Shown here: one piece after another, positions 19,258-29,309 of the stretch
Position numbering within the stretch: position 1 is the stretch's first letter
Layout of the letters: each line of letters begins with the position of its first letter
Assembly: GCA_963837955.1 (NCBI GenBank)
Contig: CAWIPH010000002.1
Location: 1,792,001 to 1,856,000, forward strand
From: an uncultured Verrucomicrobiae bacterium
GTDB lineage: Bacteria > Verrucomicrobiota > Verrucomicrobiia > Chthoniobacterales > JAFAMB01
DNA: 64,000 bases
Direction: 5' to 3'
The notes under the pieces: generated by a model
Databases searched by the model: none
Seen by the model: only the letters and a program-made list of their open reading frames with translations
Told to the model about the DNA's origin: nothing
Program-made: the position numbers and the translations under genes

Positions 19258-20952
19258 TCACGTCGGATCACTCGCGTAGCGAGTCTGCTCCTCCCGAATA
19301 CGAATCAGCTCCTTCATCACTCCGGAGAGGTCGGCATGACGATTCACGCCGCCGAACGCGTCATGGAGCTGACGGTAGAGCCCAAAAAGCTGCGCATACA
19401 CTCTCTGATTTTCCGGGATAGGATCGTATTGCACCGGTTTCAGCGAAACCATCGCCTTCTGGGCTGCGGAGAAGTCGGCGTAGCCGCCTTTTTTTGGACC
19501 CGCTAACACGGCTGCAGAAATGGCGGAGCCGAGCGCACAGGTCTGTTCGGATCCGGCGATGTACATTGTACAACCGGTCACATCCGCATAGATCTGAGTC
19601 AGTAATGCATTCTTTTCGGCCACGCCGCCACAACAGACCACCTTTTCGACCGGCACGCCGTATTCACGGATTCGCTCGATAATCATCCGTGCCCCAAAAG
19701 CGGTAGCCTCGATCAGAGTACGGTAAATCTCAGCGCGGGTGGTGTGAAGCGTTTGACCGACAATTAATCCGCTCAGTCTGGGATCAACCAGGATTGTTCG
19801 GTTACCATTGTTCCAGTCGAGCGCGAGAAGGCCGCTCTCGCCCGGTTTCTGGGCCGATGCTTCCGCTGTCAGAGCGGCATGTAAGCTAGCTTCTCCCTGG
19901 CAGACCACGTCGACCCACCAGTTAAAGATATCACCTACCGCCGATTGCCCGGCTTCAATACCGTAATACCCAGGCAGAATGGCGCCTTTCACGATGCCAC
20001 AGATGCCAGGAATATCTTTCACCTGCTTGTCCAGTTTCACGACACAGCAATCGCAGGTCGAAGTACCGATCACTTTGACCAGCACGCCTTCCTGGACCCC
20101 ACTGGCAATCGCGCCGTAGTGGACATCAAATTCACCTATGGCAATCGGGATGCCTTCGGGTAATCCAAGTTTGTCTGCCCATTCGGCGGAGAGACTCCCT
20201 GCGGCGGTCGTCGCATCCCAGGCATTGTCGTAAAGCCGATCGCGAAGATCGGCCAACTTCGGATCAAGTAGGCCTAAGAAGTCTTTGTCTGGAAGCCCAC
20301 CCCATTCATCGGCGTACAACGCCTTGTGGCCGGCCGCGCAGATTCCTCGTTTGACCAGGAGCGGATCAGTGATTCCGGCTAGTACCGACGGAATGAAGTC
20401 AGCCAACTCTACCCAGCTGTAAGCAGCGTCAAAGACTTCTGGTGTCGACTTGAGACAATGCCAAATCTTGCTCCAGAACCACTCCGACGAGTAGGCATTT
20501 CCACATTTGGCAATAAATTCAGCCCGATGCTTAGCGGCGAGTTCGGTAATTCGCGCTGCTTCCGCGTAGCTCGTATGATCCTTCCAGAGCCAGCATTGAG
20601 CGCCTAGATTTTCCTTCCATTTCGGCGCCATTCCTAGAGGCACGTTTTGCCGATCAACCGGTAACGGGCTCGACCCGGTTGTGTCAACGCCAATTCCGAT
20701 GACATGTTCACCGGAAAACCCGTCGACTGCCGACGCTGCTTCCAGGGCGCCGTGGACCGATTTTTCTAATCCATAAAAATGATCGCCCGGATGTTGTCTG
20801 GCTAAATTTGGATCGCGTGGATCTAGAAGGACGCCGCGCTTGCCACTGGGGTAATCGATAACACAACTGCCGATCTCTCGGCCGTTTGAACAATCCACTA
20901 CGATTGCTCGAACAGAGTTTGTTCCGAAGTCGATTCCGAGCGTGAATGCCAT
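19258..20952 (-). CDS. araB: Ribulokinase (FGGY family)
   Basis: GIDFGTNS, WKDHT, YSSEWFWSK, AAGHKA, EAGQSAVGD and LDWNNGNRT. Confidence 0.95.
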   Translation of the reverse strand: MAFTLGIDFGTNSVRAIVVDCSNGREIGSCVIDYPSGKRGVLLDPRDPNLARQHPGDHFYGLEKSVHGALEAASAVDGFSGEHVIGIGVDTTGSSPLPVDRQNVPLGMAPKWKENLGAQCWLWKDHTSYAEAARITELAAKHRAEFIAKCGNAYSSEWFWSKIWHCLKSTPEVFDAAYSWVELADFIPSVLAGITDPLLVKRGICAAGHKALYADEWGGLPDKDFLGLLDPKLADLRDRLYDNAWDATTAAGSLSAEWADKLGLPEGIPIAIGEFDVHYGAIASGVQEGVLVKVIGTSTCDCCVVKLDKQVKDIPGICGIVKGAILPGYYGIEAGQSAVGDIFNWWVDVVCQGEASLHAALTAEASAQKPGESGLLALDWNNGNRTILVDPRLSGLIVGQTLHTTRAEIYRTLIEATAFGARMIIERIREYGVPVEKVVCCGGVAEKNALLTQIYADVTGCTMYIAGSEQTCALGSAISAAVLAGPKKGGYADFSAAQKAMVSLKPVQYDPIPENQRVYAQLFGLYRQLHDAFGGVNRHADLSGVMKELIRIREEQTRYASDPT

Positions 20953-21263
20953 ATTTTTCAGGTATCTAAATTAATCTTGAGCCAGACCGGTTGGCGATGA
21001 GCAAATTCAGCTTTGCTGGAAAACCACGATCGGCCGGCCGGCACTTGTTCTGGGGTGTTAACGCTTGTCCGATCTAGCGGCCGGACTCTTCCCAGATACA
21101 CCGAGATTAACTGAGCGGTCAAAGGGATTAAGGAGCCGCTGATCGCTAATCGGCGATCACCGGCTAGCGCTGGCCGATCACCCAGCTGACCGGAGTCGTA
21201 AGCCGGCCTGCAGCGCACCATCGCAATTTTTTTCGGGTCCGATGTACGGTCAACTGCCAGCTT

Positions 21264-21677
21264 CTATCTGCCGACTACAGACAAAATAGCTTCCAAAAGC
21301 TGATTGGGACTGAACGGTTTTGAAAGCTGCGTTTGGAAACCGGCTGTCTGAGAGCGTCGGCGTTCGGAATATTCTACTAGGGCGGTCATTGCGATCACTG
21401 GCACGAACCGTCTGTCGCTGGCTTCCAGAGCTCGGATGTCGTTTAGTAAATCAAAGCCGTCGCGTCCTCGCATGACCAGATCGCTAAGAACCAAATCAGG
21501 ACGGTGATCTTTGACTGCTTCCAGTCCTTCAAATCCATTCGATGCGGAGATGACCTTGGCTCCTTCATGTCGCAAAAACGCAGCGATCAGAGCACGAGCG
21601 TCTGGATGGTCTTCCACGACAACGATTGTGAGATTCTGTAAGACCTTAGTTGGCATAAAGCCAGGCATGAGTCGCAA
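21264..21677 (-). CDS. Stand-alone response regulator receiver
   Basis: VVEDH, LSDLVM...DG, AMTA and SKPF. Confidence 0.9.
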   Translation of the reverse strand: MRLMPGFMPTKVLQNLTIVVVEDHPDARALIAAFLRHEGAKVISASNGFEGLEAVKDHRPDLVLSDLVMRGRDGFDLLNDIRALEASDRRFVPVIAMTALVEYSERRRSQTAGFQTQLSKPFSPNQLLEAILSVVGR

Positions 21678-21975
21678 AACGCCTTCTAATAGGATTCGAT
21701 CGAATTGACCTGGTTGGATTCGAAGACTTACCTAGCGTCTGGCATTTTCTTCGGGATTGGCCTCCAAAAATAGCCTTGCTTGGAGCTAAATCGGCGCGCT
21801 CCGATCGACAAGGAGAATGAGGCCGGCGCCAGCGAGTACGCCGGCCTCTGGGCTTCTGTGCCTGAGCGTCCATCGGTAGTTCGCGACGGATCGTTCGGCC
21901 GGATGCGAAAATGGGAATGATCACGGGCACCTGGAGAATCGGAAACAGACGCCGCTATCGTGATTGTTCTTATTG

Positions 21976-22143
21976 CTATACTACCGGAGGTCTGCCTCGA
22001 AAGATGAAGGAGAGGATAAACAAGACCAAAAAGATGACGAACAGGACGTGGGCGATCCACGCGGCTTCCCCAGCAACACCGCTGAGCCCAAAGAGTTCAG
22101 CGATGACAGCGATTACAATGAAAATAATTGTCCAGCGTAACAT
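21976..22143 (-). CDS. DUF1328 (UPF0391) small membrane protein
   Basis: MLRWTIIFIVIAVIAELFGLSGVAGEAAWIAHVLFVIFL pattern; ATG 22143. Confidence 0.9.
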   Translation of the reverse strand: MLRWTIIFIVIAVIAELFGLSGVAGEAAWIAHVLFVIFLVLFILSFIFRGRPPVV

Positions 22144-22326
22144 AGGTAAGTTCCTTTCCTGTAGTTCGCGGTGGGGTGGGGATGCGGATCCCTCTCTTTG
22201 GATGACAGCTAAGAGTTCATGATCATCGGCCATAGCCCTCAAACGGTTATAGCCCGCGAAGGGCATTCGCGCTCGTTCTTGCAATTGGAGCAAGATGGCC
22301 GGAAAGGTGAGCGCGCCAAGCATTCT

Positions 22327-22728
22327 ATGCTACCACTCAGAGTGTTCCTGCTTGAGAACCACGAAGACACCGTCAGATATATCAAGATGTACCTGGAACG
22401 CTTGGGTCACGAGGTTCTGGTGGCGGGGGAAATGGAAACGGCGCTTCGCGAAATTCCCGGATCGGGGTGCGATGTCTTGATCAGCGATATCGGATTGCCT
22501 GATGGCGACGGTTGGCAGCTCATGGAAAAGCTGGGTTCCCGCCGCCCGGCTTTTGCCATAGCGATCAGTGGATATGGCACCGGTAATGATAAGCGCAAAA
22601 GTCATGCCGCAGGATATGGTTACCATTTGGTGAAGCCGTTTGTACCAGACGCGTTGCTCACACTTCTAGCCAAGGCTGCCGATCTCAAAGAGAAAGGTAG
22701 TGCACCAGTGATTGAGGCGGACACCTGA
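22327..22728 (+). CDS. Stand-alone response regulator receiver
   Basis: LLENH, ISDIGLPDGDG, AISGYG and HLVKP; ATG 22327. Confidence 0.9.
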   Translation: MLPLRVFLLENHEDTVRYIKMYLERLGHEVLVAGEMETALREIPGSGCDVLISDIGLPDGDGWQLMEKLGSRRPAFAIAISGYGTGNDKRKSHAAGYGYHLVKPFVPDALLTLLAKAADLKEKGSAPVIEADT

Positions 22729-22755
22729 AACATGGAAGATTAGAAGGACATTTCG

Positions 22756-23397
22756 ATGGGGCATAGTTCCTCTCAATCTCTGGACGCCCAAAATAAGTCC
22801 GATCCCGTTTGCGCATTGTTAGAGGAGATCGGGTTGCCGGCCGTCCGAATCGAGTGGAGTACGGCTGAGGTTGTTAGTTTTAACGCCTTATTTTCGTCAG
22901 TGGTCGATACGGCTGCCCTTCCTGATTACCGGCTCTGGTTCGTCGAAGGGGTGTTGCGGTATTTGATACCCGCCGACAAGGCTCGTTGGGAAGCTGCGCT
23001 CGCCAGACGGATCCCCATCGCGACGCATGTCAGATTGAAGTGCTCGGAGGGTCGAACCTTCGATTCGGTGATGCGGGCAGTTCCGTCGCTTGGCCGAGAA
23101 CCGGCTGACCAATCCATCCTCTGTGTTTTTGTTCTGTGTACCGGGCCCTATTTTGAACGTCTCCGTGAAACCTGGATTGCCGAGGGGGAGGAATCAGAGC
23201 GAAGCAAGATACAGGCTGCGCTCCACGAGAATATTGTACAACAGTTACTCGCCGCAGCTTTTGGTTGCAAGGTGATGGCTGAAAAGATCGGTCACTTCGA
23301 CGAGCGCCTCGGAAAAGAGGCTTCGGATTTGGCGGAACTTGCTAACCAAGCTGTTCAGGAGCTCCAGAGTTTGGTTACGCGCCAGCAGGGGACCTAA
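22756..23397 (+). CDS. PAS-like plus HisKA_3-like protein lacking an ATPase domain
   Basis: PAS-like N-half; ERSKIQAALHENIVQQL resembles the NarX-type H-box; ORF ends about 55 aa later. Confidence 0.6.
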   Translation: MGHSSSQSLDAQNKSDPVCALLEEIGLPAVRIEWSTAEVVSFNALFSSVVDTAALPDYRLWFVEGVLRYLIPADKARWEAALARRIPIATHVRLKCSEGRTFDSVMRAVPSLGREPADQSILCVFVLCTGPYFERLRETWIAEGEESERSKIQAALHENIVQQLLAAAFGCKVMAEKIGHFDERLGKEASDLAELANQAVQELQSLVTRQQGT

Positions 23398-23610
23398 CAG
23401 CTGTTTTGCTGTAGGTTATAGTGGATATAGCGGCTATTAAGTCTCTCCCCGCGTCGGGGTTTTTGGGATGCGCAAATCATGCTGCTGACCCATACTTAAA
23501 TCAGACACTGCCAAGATAAGAGATCGGTTGCCGACGAGTTGCCGGTGAATCGCTGAACAATCCGTAAGAATACGATCATTGAGGTATGCTGATGCGAACC
23601 CAGGCTAGCT

Positions 23611-23796
23611 ATGAACAAACTCCAAATGAAGGGCTCCTGGAACGAAATTAAGGGCAAACTTAAACAGAAATACGGGAATCTTACGGATAACGACCTAGCG
23701 TTTTCGGATGGTAAGGAAGATGAACTGTTAGGGCGACTTCAGAAAAAACTCGGCAAAACTAAGGACGAACTCCGGCAGATGATTGAAAAGCTTTAA
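23611..23796 (+). CDS. csbD: CsbD-family stress protein
   Basis: [23 protein letters not shown]...[10 protein letters not shown]. Confidence 0.95.
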   Translation: MNKLQMKGSWNEIKGKLKQKYGNLTDNDLAFSDGKEDELLGRLQKKLGKTKDELRQMIEKL

Positions 23797-24147
23797 GATA
23801 GAGGCGTGGAGCGGCCGCATTCTAAATTTTCCCCAGATAGAAACTATGACGATTGCCTAAAAGGCATGCGAGCGCGCCCGTTGCAGTAGTTGCTCAACGG
23901 GCGCATAAGGCTCGCTGTGCCAGGGTCGCCGTCACCGAGAACATTAAAAACCCGATCCAAGTGAAGACGAAAACGATCTCCGATTATCCGCTCCTGATCG
24001 GAGAGCTACTTCGACGAGCGAAAACGCGTCACCAAAAGAAAATCAGATGGTATCTTCTGATGCGTCGTCTTTATCCCGGAAGAACCTGGCTTGTCCCTCA
24101 TGAATGATCCGCGCGCTCATTTGTGCGCGGACCATCCGGTTGAGTGA

Positions 24148-24336
24148 TCAGCTTCGCCCGCTCGTTTTCTGGGCGGGCGAACGACCTTTTTTTGTTTCGC
24201 CAGCCTTGGCGCGCTGTTTGTTCACGATTCGGGCCGCGACTTCTTCCTCTCGCCCTTTGTACCGTCCCTCTTTCTCAAACTTCTTTTCAATCTTTTGATA
24301 TTCGCGTTCTCGCTTTGGGCTTATACCGCGTGGCAT
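24148..24336 (-). CDS. Small basic conserved protein
   Basis: MPRGISPKREREYQKIE...EEVAARIVNKQRA; GGAGG upstream of ATG 24336. Confidence 0.75.
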   Translation of the reverse strand: MPRGISPKREREYQKIEKKFEKEGRYKGREEEVAARIVNKQRAKAGETKKGRSPAQKTSGRS

Positions 24337-24466
24337 AATAGGGCCTCCAATTCCTATCGCGGGCGGCCGGCGGAGCGGACTTGTCGAGGCACTAATCAAT
24401 CAGCAAGTAATTGCCGATCAAGCTAGGCCGAGCAGGCTCAATGAACCCCGGTTTAGAGTTCGCTGG

Positions 24467-26239
24467 TTACTGATTAATCACCGGTATTTCGACGATGAAT
24501 GTGGCTCCCTTGCCCAAACCCGCACTGGCTCCCGTAATCCGGCCTCCATGAAGTTCGACGATGCTTTTGGAAATCGACAGTCCCAAACCCAAGCCTTCAG
24601 AAACTTCTCCTTGTTCAAAAGGGTCAAACATCCTCGATGCAAGTTCCGGTGAAATACCTTTTCCGGAATCCTGGAATTCGATCCTGAGCAAATCGCTTCG
24701 CAAATTCATCGAGCGAATCGCGATGCGTCCCTCGGGCGGCGTAAACTTTATCGCGTTCTTAAGCAGGTTCCAAAAGACTTGCTGCAGGCGATCGACATCC
24801 GCATGCAAGACATGATTGGTCGCTTGCAGATTGACGGTAACCCGAAGCTGCTTGCTAGCTATGTCAGAAGCGCAGATTGCTAGTACCGTTTGCATTACCT
24901 CGTGTGCATCCGCCTCAGTGAAACTGAGCTGAAGCTTGCCCTTGCTGATTCTGGTGACGTCCAGGAGGTCATCAATGAGTCGAGTCTCAATCGTGGCGTT
25001 TTTCAGAATGACCTGCAAGTGGTTGCGAATCTCTTCTGGCACCGACTGGTCTTGGATGAGGATCGACGTAGAAAACAAAATTGGCGTTAGCGGTGTGCGA
25101 AGCTCATGACTGAGCGTGGCCAAGAAGCGATCCTTTGCCTGGCTGGCCGCTTCGGCCATGTACTGCGCTTCTTGAGCGGAGGCATATAAACGAGCGTGTT
25201 CGATTGCGGTAGAGACCCTCCTGCCCAAATCCTGAGCCAGTGTTATCTCGGCCAGATCGTAATCCCGACTCGGATCGGTGAGAGCAAATGTAATGGCGCC
25301 AAAGATCTCGCTTCGAATGACCAACGGAACCACGATAGCAGAGTGAGTGGAAAGTGCTTTGAGCAAGAAAAAATCTGTCTGCTTGCCATAGAATTTTGCA
25401 GCATTCTCCGAGAATTTAGAAGGATCGCCGAAAATCCTCGTCTGAGCAGTCCGGAGGACTTCAGAGACGAGGTAGCTATCATTAAGTTTGATGGGATAGT
25501 AATTGCTCAACCGCGACCGGAGATCAGCAGGAGCAATGCTTGACTGGCTGAGTGCCGCTAACCGAGCGCTACCGTCTTCTCCCAATCGATCAACGATGCA
25601 GATATCAGCAAGGAATGGTACGGCAGCCTGGACAACACTTTGATAGATCTGCTCCTGGTCGAGGGAAGCAGCCAAGGCTTGGCCGGCTTCGGCCAGAAAC
25701 GAAGCGCGTCTCTCTGCCCTCTCAACTTCTGCCCGGCCAACCTGCTCACGGATGAGACGGGCATGTTGCTCCTCGGCCTGCTTTCGCGTAGTCAAGTCAC
25801 GTGTGATCTTTAAAAACGCCTCGGTAGCGCCACGCTCATTCCGCAGCGCGGTAATCGTAACATTTGCCCAGAAACGAGAACCGTCCTTCCGCACCCTCCA
25901 GTTTTCATCTTCGAATCGACCCTCCTCCCTGACCACCTTTAGTTCGTACTCAGGCCAGCCTTTCGCGATCGATTCCGGGGTATAGAACGTGGAAAAATGC
26001 TTTCCGATTATCTCGTGAGCCTTGTACCCCTTAATCCGCTCCGCTCCTTGGTTCCAGCTAGTGACATTACCCTTAGGATCGAGCAGAAAAATCGCGTAAT
26101 CCCGAACGCCGTCGACAAGTTGACGAAATTGATCGTTGCTCGACCCGAGAGCTCGTCTGACGGATTTGGCGGCCCTCGATTTCCTGGTGCGGTTCGGGGC
26201 GGTCATCTCTGGTTGTCTCGGTTTCTTGTCCGCCGCCAT
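24467..26239 (-). CDS. PAS-GAF sensor histidine kinase
   Basis: PAS/PAC (SWNQGAE, RKDGSRFWA), GAF, SHELRTPL, NLLKNAIKF and GLGLGL. Confidence 0.95.
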   Translation of the reverse strand: MAADKKPRQPEMTAPNRTRKSRAAKSVRRALGSSNDQFRQLVDGVRDYAIFLLDPKGNVTSWNQGAERIKGYKAHEIIGKHFSTFYTPESIAKGWPEYELKVVREEGRFEDENWRVRKDGSRFWANVTITALRNERGATEAFLKITRDLTTRKQAEEQHARLIREQVGRAEVERAERRASFLAEAGQALAASLDQEQIYQSVVQAAVPFLADICIVDRLGEDGSARLAALSQSSIAPADLRSRLSNYYPIKLNDSYLVSEVLRTAQTRIFGDPSKFSENAAKFYGKQTDFFLLKALSTHSAIVVPLVIRSEIFGAITFALTDPSRDYDLAEITLAQDLGRRVSTAIEHARLYASAQEAQYMAEAASQAKDRFLATLSHELRTPLTPILFSTSILIQDQSVPEEIRNHLQVILKNATIETRLIDDLLDVTRISKGKLQLSFTEADAHEVMQTVLAICASDIASKQLRVTVNLQATNHVLHADVDRLQQVFWNLLKNAIKFTPPEGRIAIRSMNLRSDLLRIEFQDSGKGISPELASRMFDPFEQGEVSEGLGLGLSISKSIVELHGGRITGASAGLGKGATFIVEIPVINQ

Positions 26240-26543
26240 GCCGATCGGCCAAAATTTTTCTACAAAGTGACTTTACCAAACTTTCGCCAATACCAAAGAG
26301 CAAGTTGAGGCCTAGAATGTGACGTTCGTCTGGTCCTCTCCTGATTCCGGCGTCAGAGATTCCCCTTACCTCGAGGATTGGGAGGATTAATCGAAAAGCA
26401 TAGAATTTAGAAGCTCGAATCTAGGAGGGCGGGCAGAAGAGCTGCTATCCCTTGGCGATCCGCGCCAATGGTTCAAGCTCACGATCGGTGTAGTTGTGGG
26501 CGGCCTATGGGAACGACTCGATAGCGCGATTCGTGCCTGAATT

Positions 26544-26612
26544 ATGGGGACTTATAAGTCACATGCGACCCATGGGTCCTACGAAAGTTCCATGCGACCT
26601 ATAAGTCCTACG
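26544..26612. repeat. Degenerate 9-bp periodic intergenic repeat
   Basis: ATGGGGACTT ATAAGTCAC ATGCGACCC ATGGGTCCT...ATGCGACCT ATAAGTCCT. Confidence 0.6.
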
Positions 26613-26653
26613 GGCCCACCAATCGCCGAAATACTGGCGACCGTACTCAGGCG

Positions 26654-27154
26654 CTAGGCGCGAAGGGCAACCTGGCTTTCAGCGATGGCGGTAAGCTTCT
26701 TGTCAGCTTCCCCCTCCTCGTTGAGCGTTTGTTGTAGCACCCTGGCAATCTCATCTTCACCAAGTCGGCGGGCTAAGGTGCGAGCGGTGCCGTAACCAGC
26801 CATTTCATAATGCTCCACTCGCTGCGCAGCACCGATCAACCCGGCATCGCGTACATTTGGATCACCTTCTGCTTTGATCATGAGCTCGCCCTCTTTGATC
26901 AGCCCTTTCATGGCCTCACACGTTTCGCCCGAGGCTTTTTCACCGATGCCGGCAAATACGCGTTCGAGCCGAGAAGCATGCTGCTTTGTTTGTTCGAGGT
27001 GATGGTTGAATGCGGATTTCAAATCTGTTGCTTTCGCTGCGTCAGCCATCTTGGGGAGTCCATCGATGAGCTGTTGCTCCGCATTGTACAGGTCACGAAG
27101 CTCTTCCAAGAACAAATCGCGAAGGGAATTCAATTTTAGGGATTTAAGTCTCAT
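26654..27154 (-). CDS. yciF: YciE/YciF (DUF892) ferritin-like stress protein
   Basis: LRDLYNAEQQ, CEAMKGL, AAQRVEHYEMAGYG and TLNEEGEADKKL. Confidence 0.92.
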   Translation of the reverse strand: MRLKSLKLNSLRDLFLEELRDLYNAEQQLIDGLPKMADAAKATDLKSAFNHHLEQTKQHASRLERVFAGIGEKASGETCEAMKGLIKEGELMIKAEGDPNVRDAGLIGAAQRVEHYEMAGYGTARTLARRLGEDEIARVLQQTLNEEGEADKKLTAIAESQVALRA

Positions 27155-27256
27155 ACGTCCCGTTCGCTGCTGGTTAGGTAAAGGGTTTGCTCACCCACAG
27201 TTTTTGCGGTGGCCACTGCGCAAGACAAACACCGGGCCGGGGGAGCCCGCCTCTCA

Positions 27257-28552
27257 TTAGCCACCCCGCGACGCTTCAATGATTTTTTGCGCGGCTGATG
27301 TTCCGCTGTCGAGCGCCGCATGCACTGTACCGTTAGCCCCTTGGCAATCGGTAGCTTCGCCGGCAAAAAAGATAGTGTCGTTCACGGGCTCGGCCAGGAT
27401 TTGGGCGGCTTTCAACCCGCCGACCTTGGGATAGCTGTAGGCGCCTCGCGAAAATGGATCGTCGCTCCAGTCGTAATAGTGAATTCTGTCAACCCGTTCC
27501 TGTAGCCAAGGCCCAGGTTTGGCAAAGATTCGACTCAAAGACTCAATGGCCCGGTCAAGGAGCTCCTCTCGCGAGAGATTGATCAATTTCTCAGCCGCAG
27601 GTCCACCCGCCCAGCCGGTTAAGATATTCGAGGTCAGAGGTTCCTGCGTCCACCAGGTCGGCATATCCACATCGAATGAAATAGCAAACCCCAGCGGGCC
27701 GTTGTCCCTCCAAAATCGCTCCTTGAAGCTGATCATGAGCTTCACCACGTGGCCTACCTCCAGATGCCCGAGCGCCGCCTCCTTTTGCGACAGTGCCGGA
27801 ATGAATCGGATGGCCCCGCGCGTCCCTGGTGATGCCTGCAGGACACCAAGCGGCACAGTGACAAGCAATCGGACTGCAAAGAAGTCCCGATTGCCGTTCG
27901 GTGTGTCGGCCGCAATCCTAATCTGGCCGCGTTGCCAGCGAATTTCCTTCACCTCTGTTTTCAAATGTAGTGACTCACGCGGAAGTCCGGTCGCCAGCCA
28001 ATCGATCAGCGATCCATAACCGCCGGGAAGACGGAATTGCCTTTGTCCCTCAATTTCGGCCGCCGCACGATCAGCAATGGCAACAGCGGGCGCGCTGATC
28101 AGCTCAGCATGAGCTGCGTTGAAGCCCTCGACATATGATCTCGCTACAAGTTTTTCGAACGGCGATACTTGGACCTCCGCCAGGAACTGGTCGTACGAGA
28201 TCTCACGAGTGGGGTCAATCTGTGCATCAACTCTTTGGATGATTTCCCAGTAATCCGGGCATGGTCGAAGGCCTTCTTTACTCGAAACCATTCGAGTACC
28301 GGAGCTTTCCACCACTTCCAGCCCCGCCTTCTCCAGAACTGACCAAATTGCCGGAGGCTTTCCGTGCACGAACTCGGCGCCGAGTTCCATCGGCGAATGC
28401 GTCGAGTCATCGGTGAGGATTCGTCCACCGATCCGATCGCGGGCTTCCAAAACCGCTACGTTGAGTCCGGCGGAATGAAGCTCGCGCCAAGCGCCGATAC
28501 CTGCTGCTCCGGCGCCAATGATCAATGCATCGATGGTCTTTTCGGGTTGCAT
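27257..28552 (-). CDS. Flavin monoamine/amine oxidase family protein
   Basis: GAGAAG, EARDRIGGR, ELGAEFVHG, WSDDPFSRGAYS and FFAGEAT...GTVHAA. Confidence 0.92.
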   Translation of the reverse strand: MQPEKTIDALIIGAGAAGIGAWRELHSAGLNVAVLEARDRIGGRILTDDSTHSPMELGAEFVHGKPPAIWSVLEKAGLEVVESSGTRMVSSKEGLRPCPDYWEIIQRVDAQIDPTREISYDQFLAEVQVSPFEKLVARSYVEGFNAAHAELISAPAVAIADRAAAEIEGQRQFRLPGGYGSLIDWLATGLPRESLHLKTEVKEIRWQRGQIRIAADTPNGNRDFFAVRLLVTVPLGVLQASPGTRGAIRFIPALSQKEAALGHLEVGHVVKLMISFKERFWRDNGPLGFAISFDVDMPTWWTQEPLTSNILTGWAGGPAAEKLINLSREELLDRAIESLSRIFAKPGPWLQERVDRIHYYDWSDDPFSRGAYSYPKVGGLKAAQILAEPVNDTIFFAGEATDCQGANGTVHAALDSGTSAAQKIIEASRGG

Positions 28553-28659
28553 CAGATAATTGCCAGGGTTCTCCCTTTGATCGGAATTATTGGGGTTCTG
28601 TTCTCAAATCTTCTATCAATTCGAAAGCGCAGTCGGGGTCGCATATCCGAACGTCTCAT

Positions 28660-28893
28660 ATGACAGCTGCACAAAAGGCTGCCGCTAAGAAGAACATCAA
28701 GAAAGCCGCCGCGGTAGCGAAAAAGAAGAGAACGGTTGCGCATCTACCTAAAGCGACGCGGACAGCAATGGGCAAGGAAGGCGCAAAGGCGGCGAAAAGA
28801 AAGCGGCACGCAAGAAACAAGAGAGGAGCCAAATTACCCGGTGACGCTCCACTCCCAATGCGGGGGGCTTTGGCTGCCGCCTCCAATGTTTAG
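28660..28893 (+). CDS. Small Lys/Ala-rich basic protein
   Basis: MTAAQKAAAKKNIKKAAAVAKKKRTVAHLPKATRTAMGK; sits beside stress genes. Confidence 0.6.
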   Translation: MTAAQKAAAKKNIKKAAAVAKKKRTVAHLPKATRTAMGKEGAKAAKRKRHARNKRGAKLPGDAPLPMRGALAAASNV

Positions 28894-29076
28894 ACCAACA
28901 CCGATTGTCGCTTCGGTTCCTTCGAACGGATCCTTTACTTTGCGGCCATGACTGCCAGGAGGCAGGTCCGCCAGGGGATCGATAAATTCGCCCGTGGTCT
29001 CCTTCGGATTTGGAATTCGTTCTTTCATGTCTTCAAGTCACTACCCCCTGCCCGACAGGTCAAATCATCTAACGTT

Positions 29077-29134
29077 GGGGAGGGGTCGCAGCCTCGCGAT
29101 CCACGGCGCACGAGGACGTGCGCCCTCCCCGCCC
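29077..29134. repeat. Family A palindromic element, minimal form
   Basis: GGGGAGGGGTCGCAGCCTCGCGATCCACGGCGCACGAGGACGTGCGCCCTCCCC shares ends and core with the 5366 and 62201 copies. Confidence 0.75.
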
Positions 29135-29309
29135 TCCGGGTTTGTCAACCACGCCCCCCCGTTGCGAGAAGCGTCGCGGCGGACTAGCTTAGACAATTAG
29201 TACGGAGGGCAAAGTCGACGGGCCTACCAGGGAAAGGAGCGAATCCAGCACCACCCCCGCACCGCAGAAGTCGGTCGGCCTGGATTTCCGAATCCTCTTT
29301 CTCGCGGGA

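Noticed and set aside
23853..24107. 84-aa ORF after csbD
   Set aside because: TTG start, no recognisable motif or RBS; cannot be supported as a gene.
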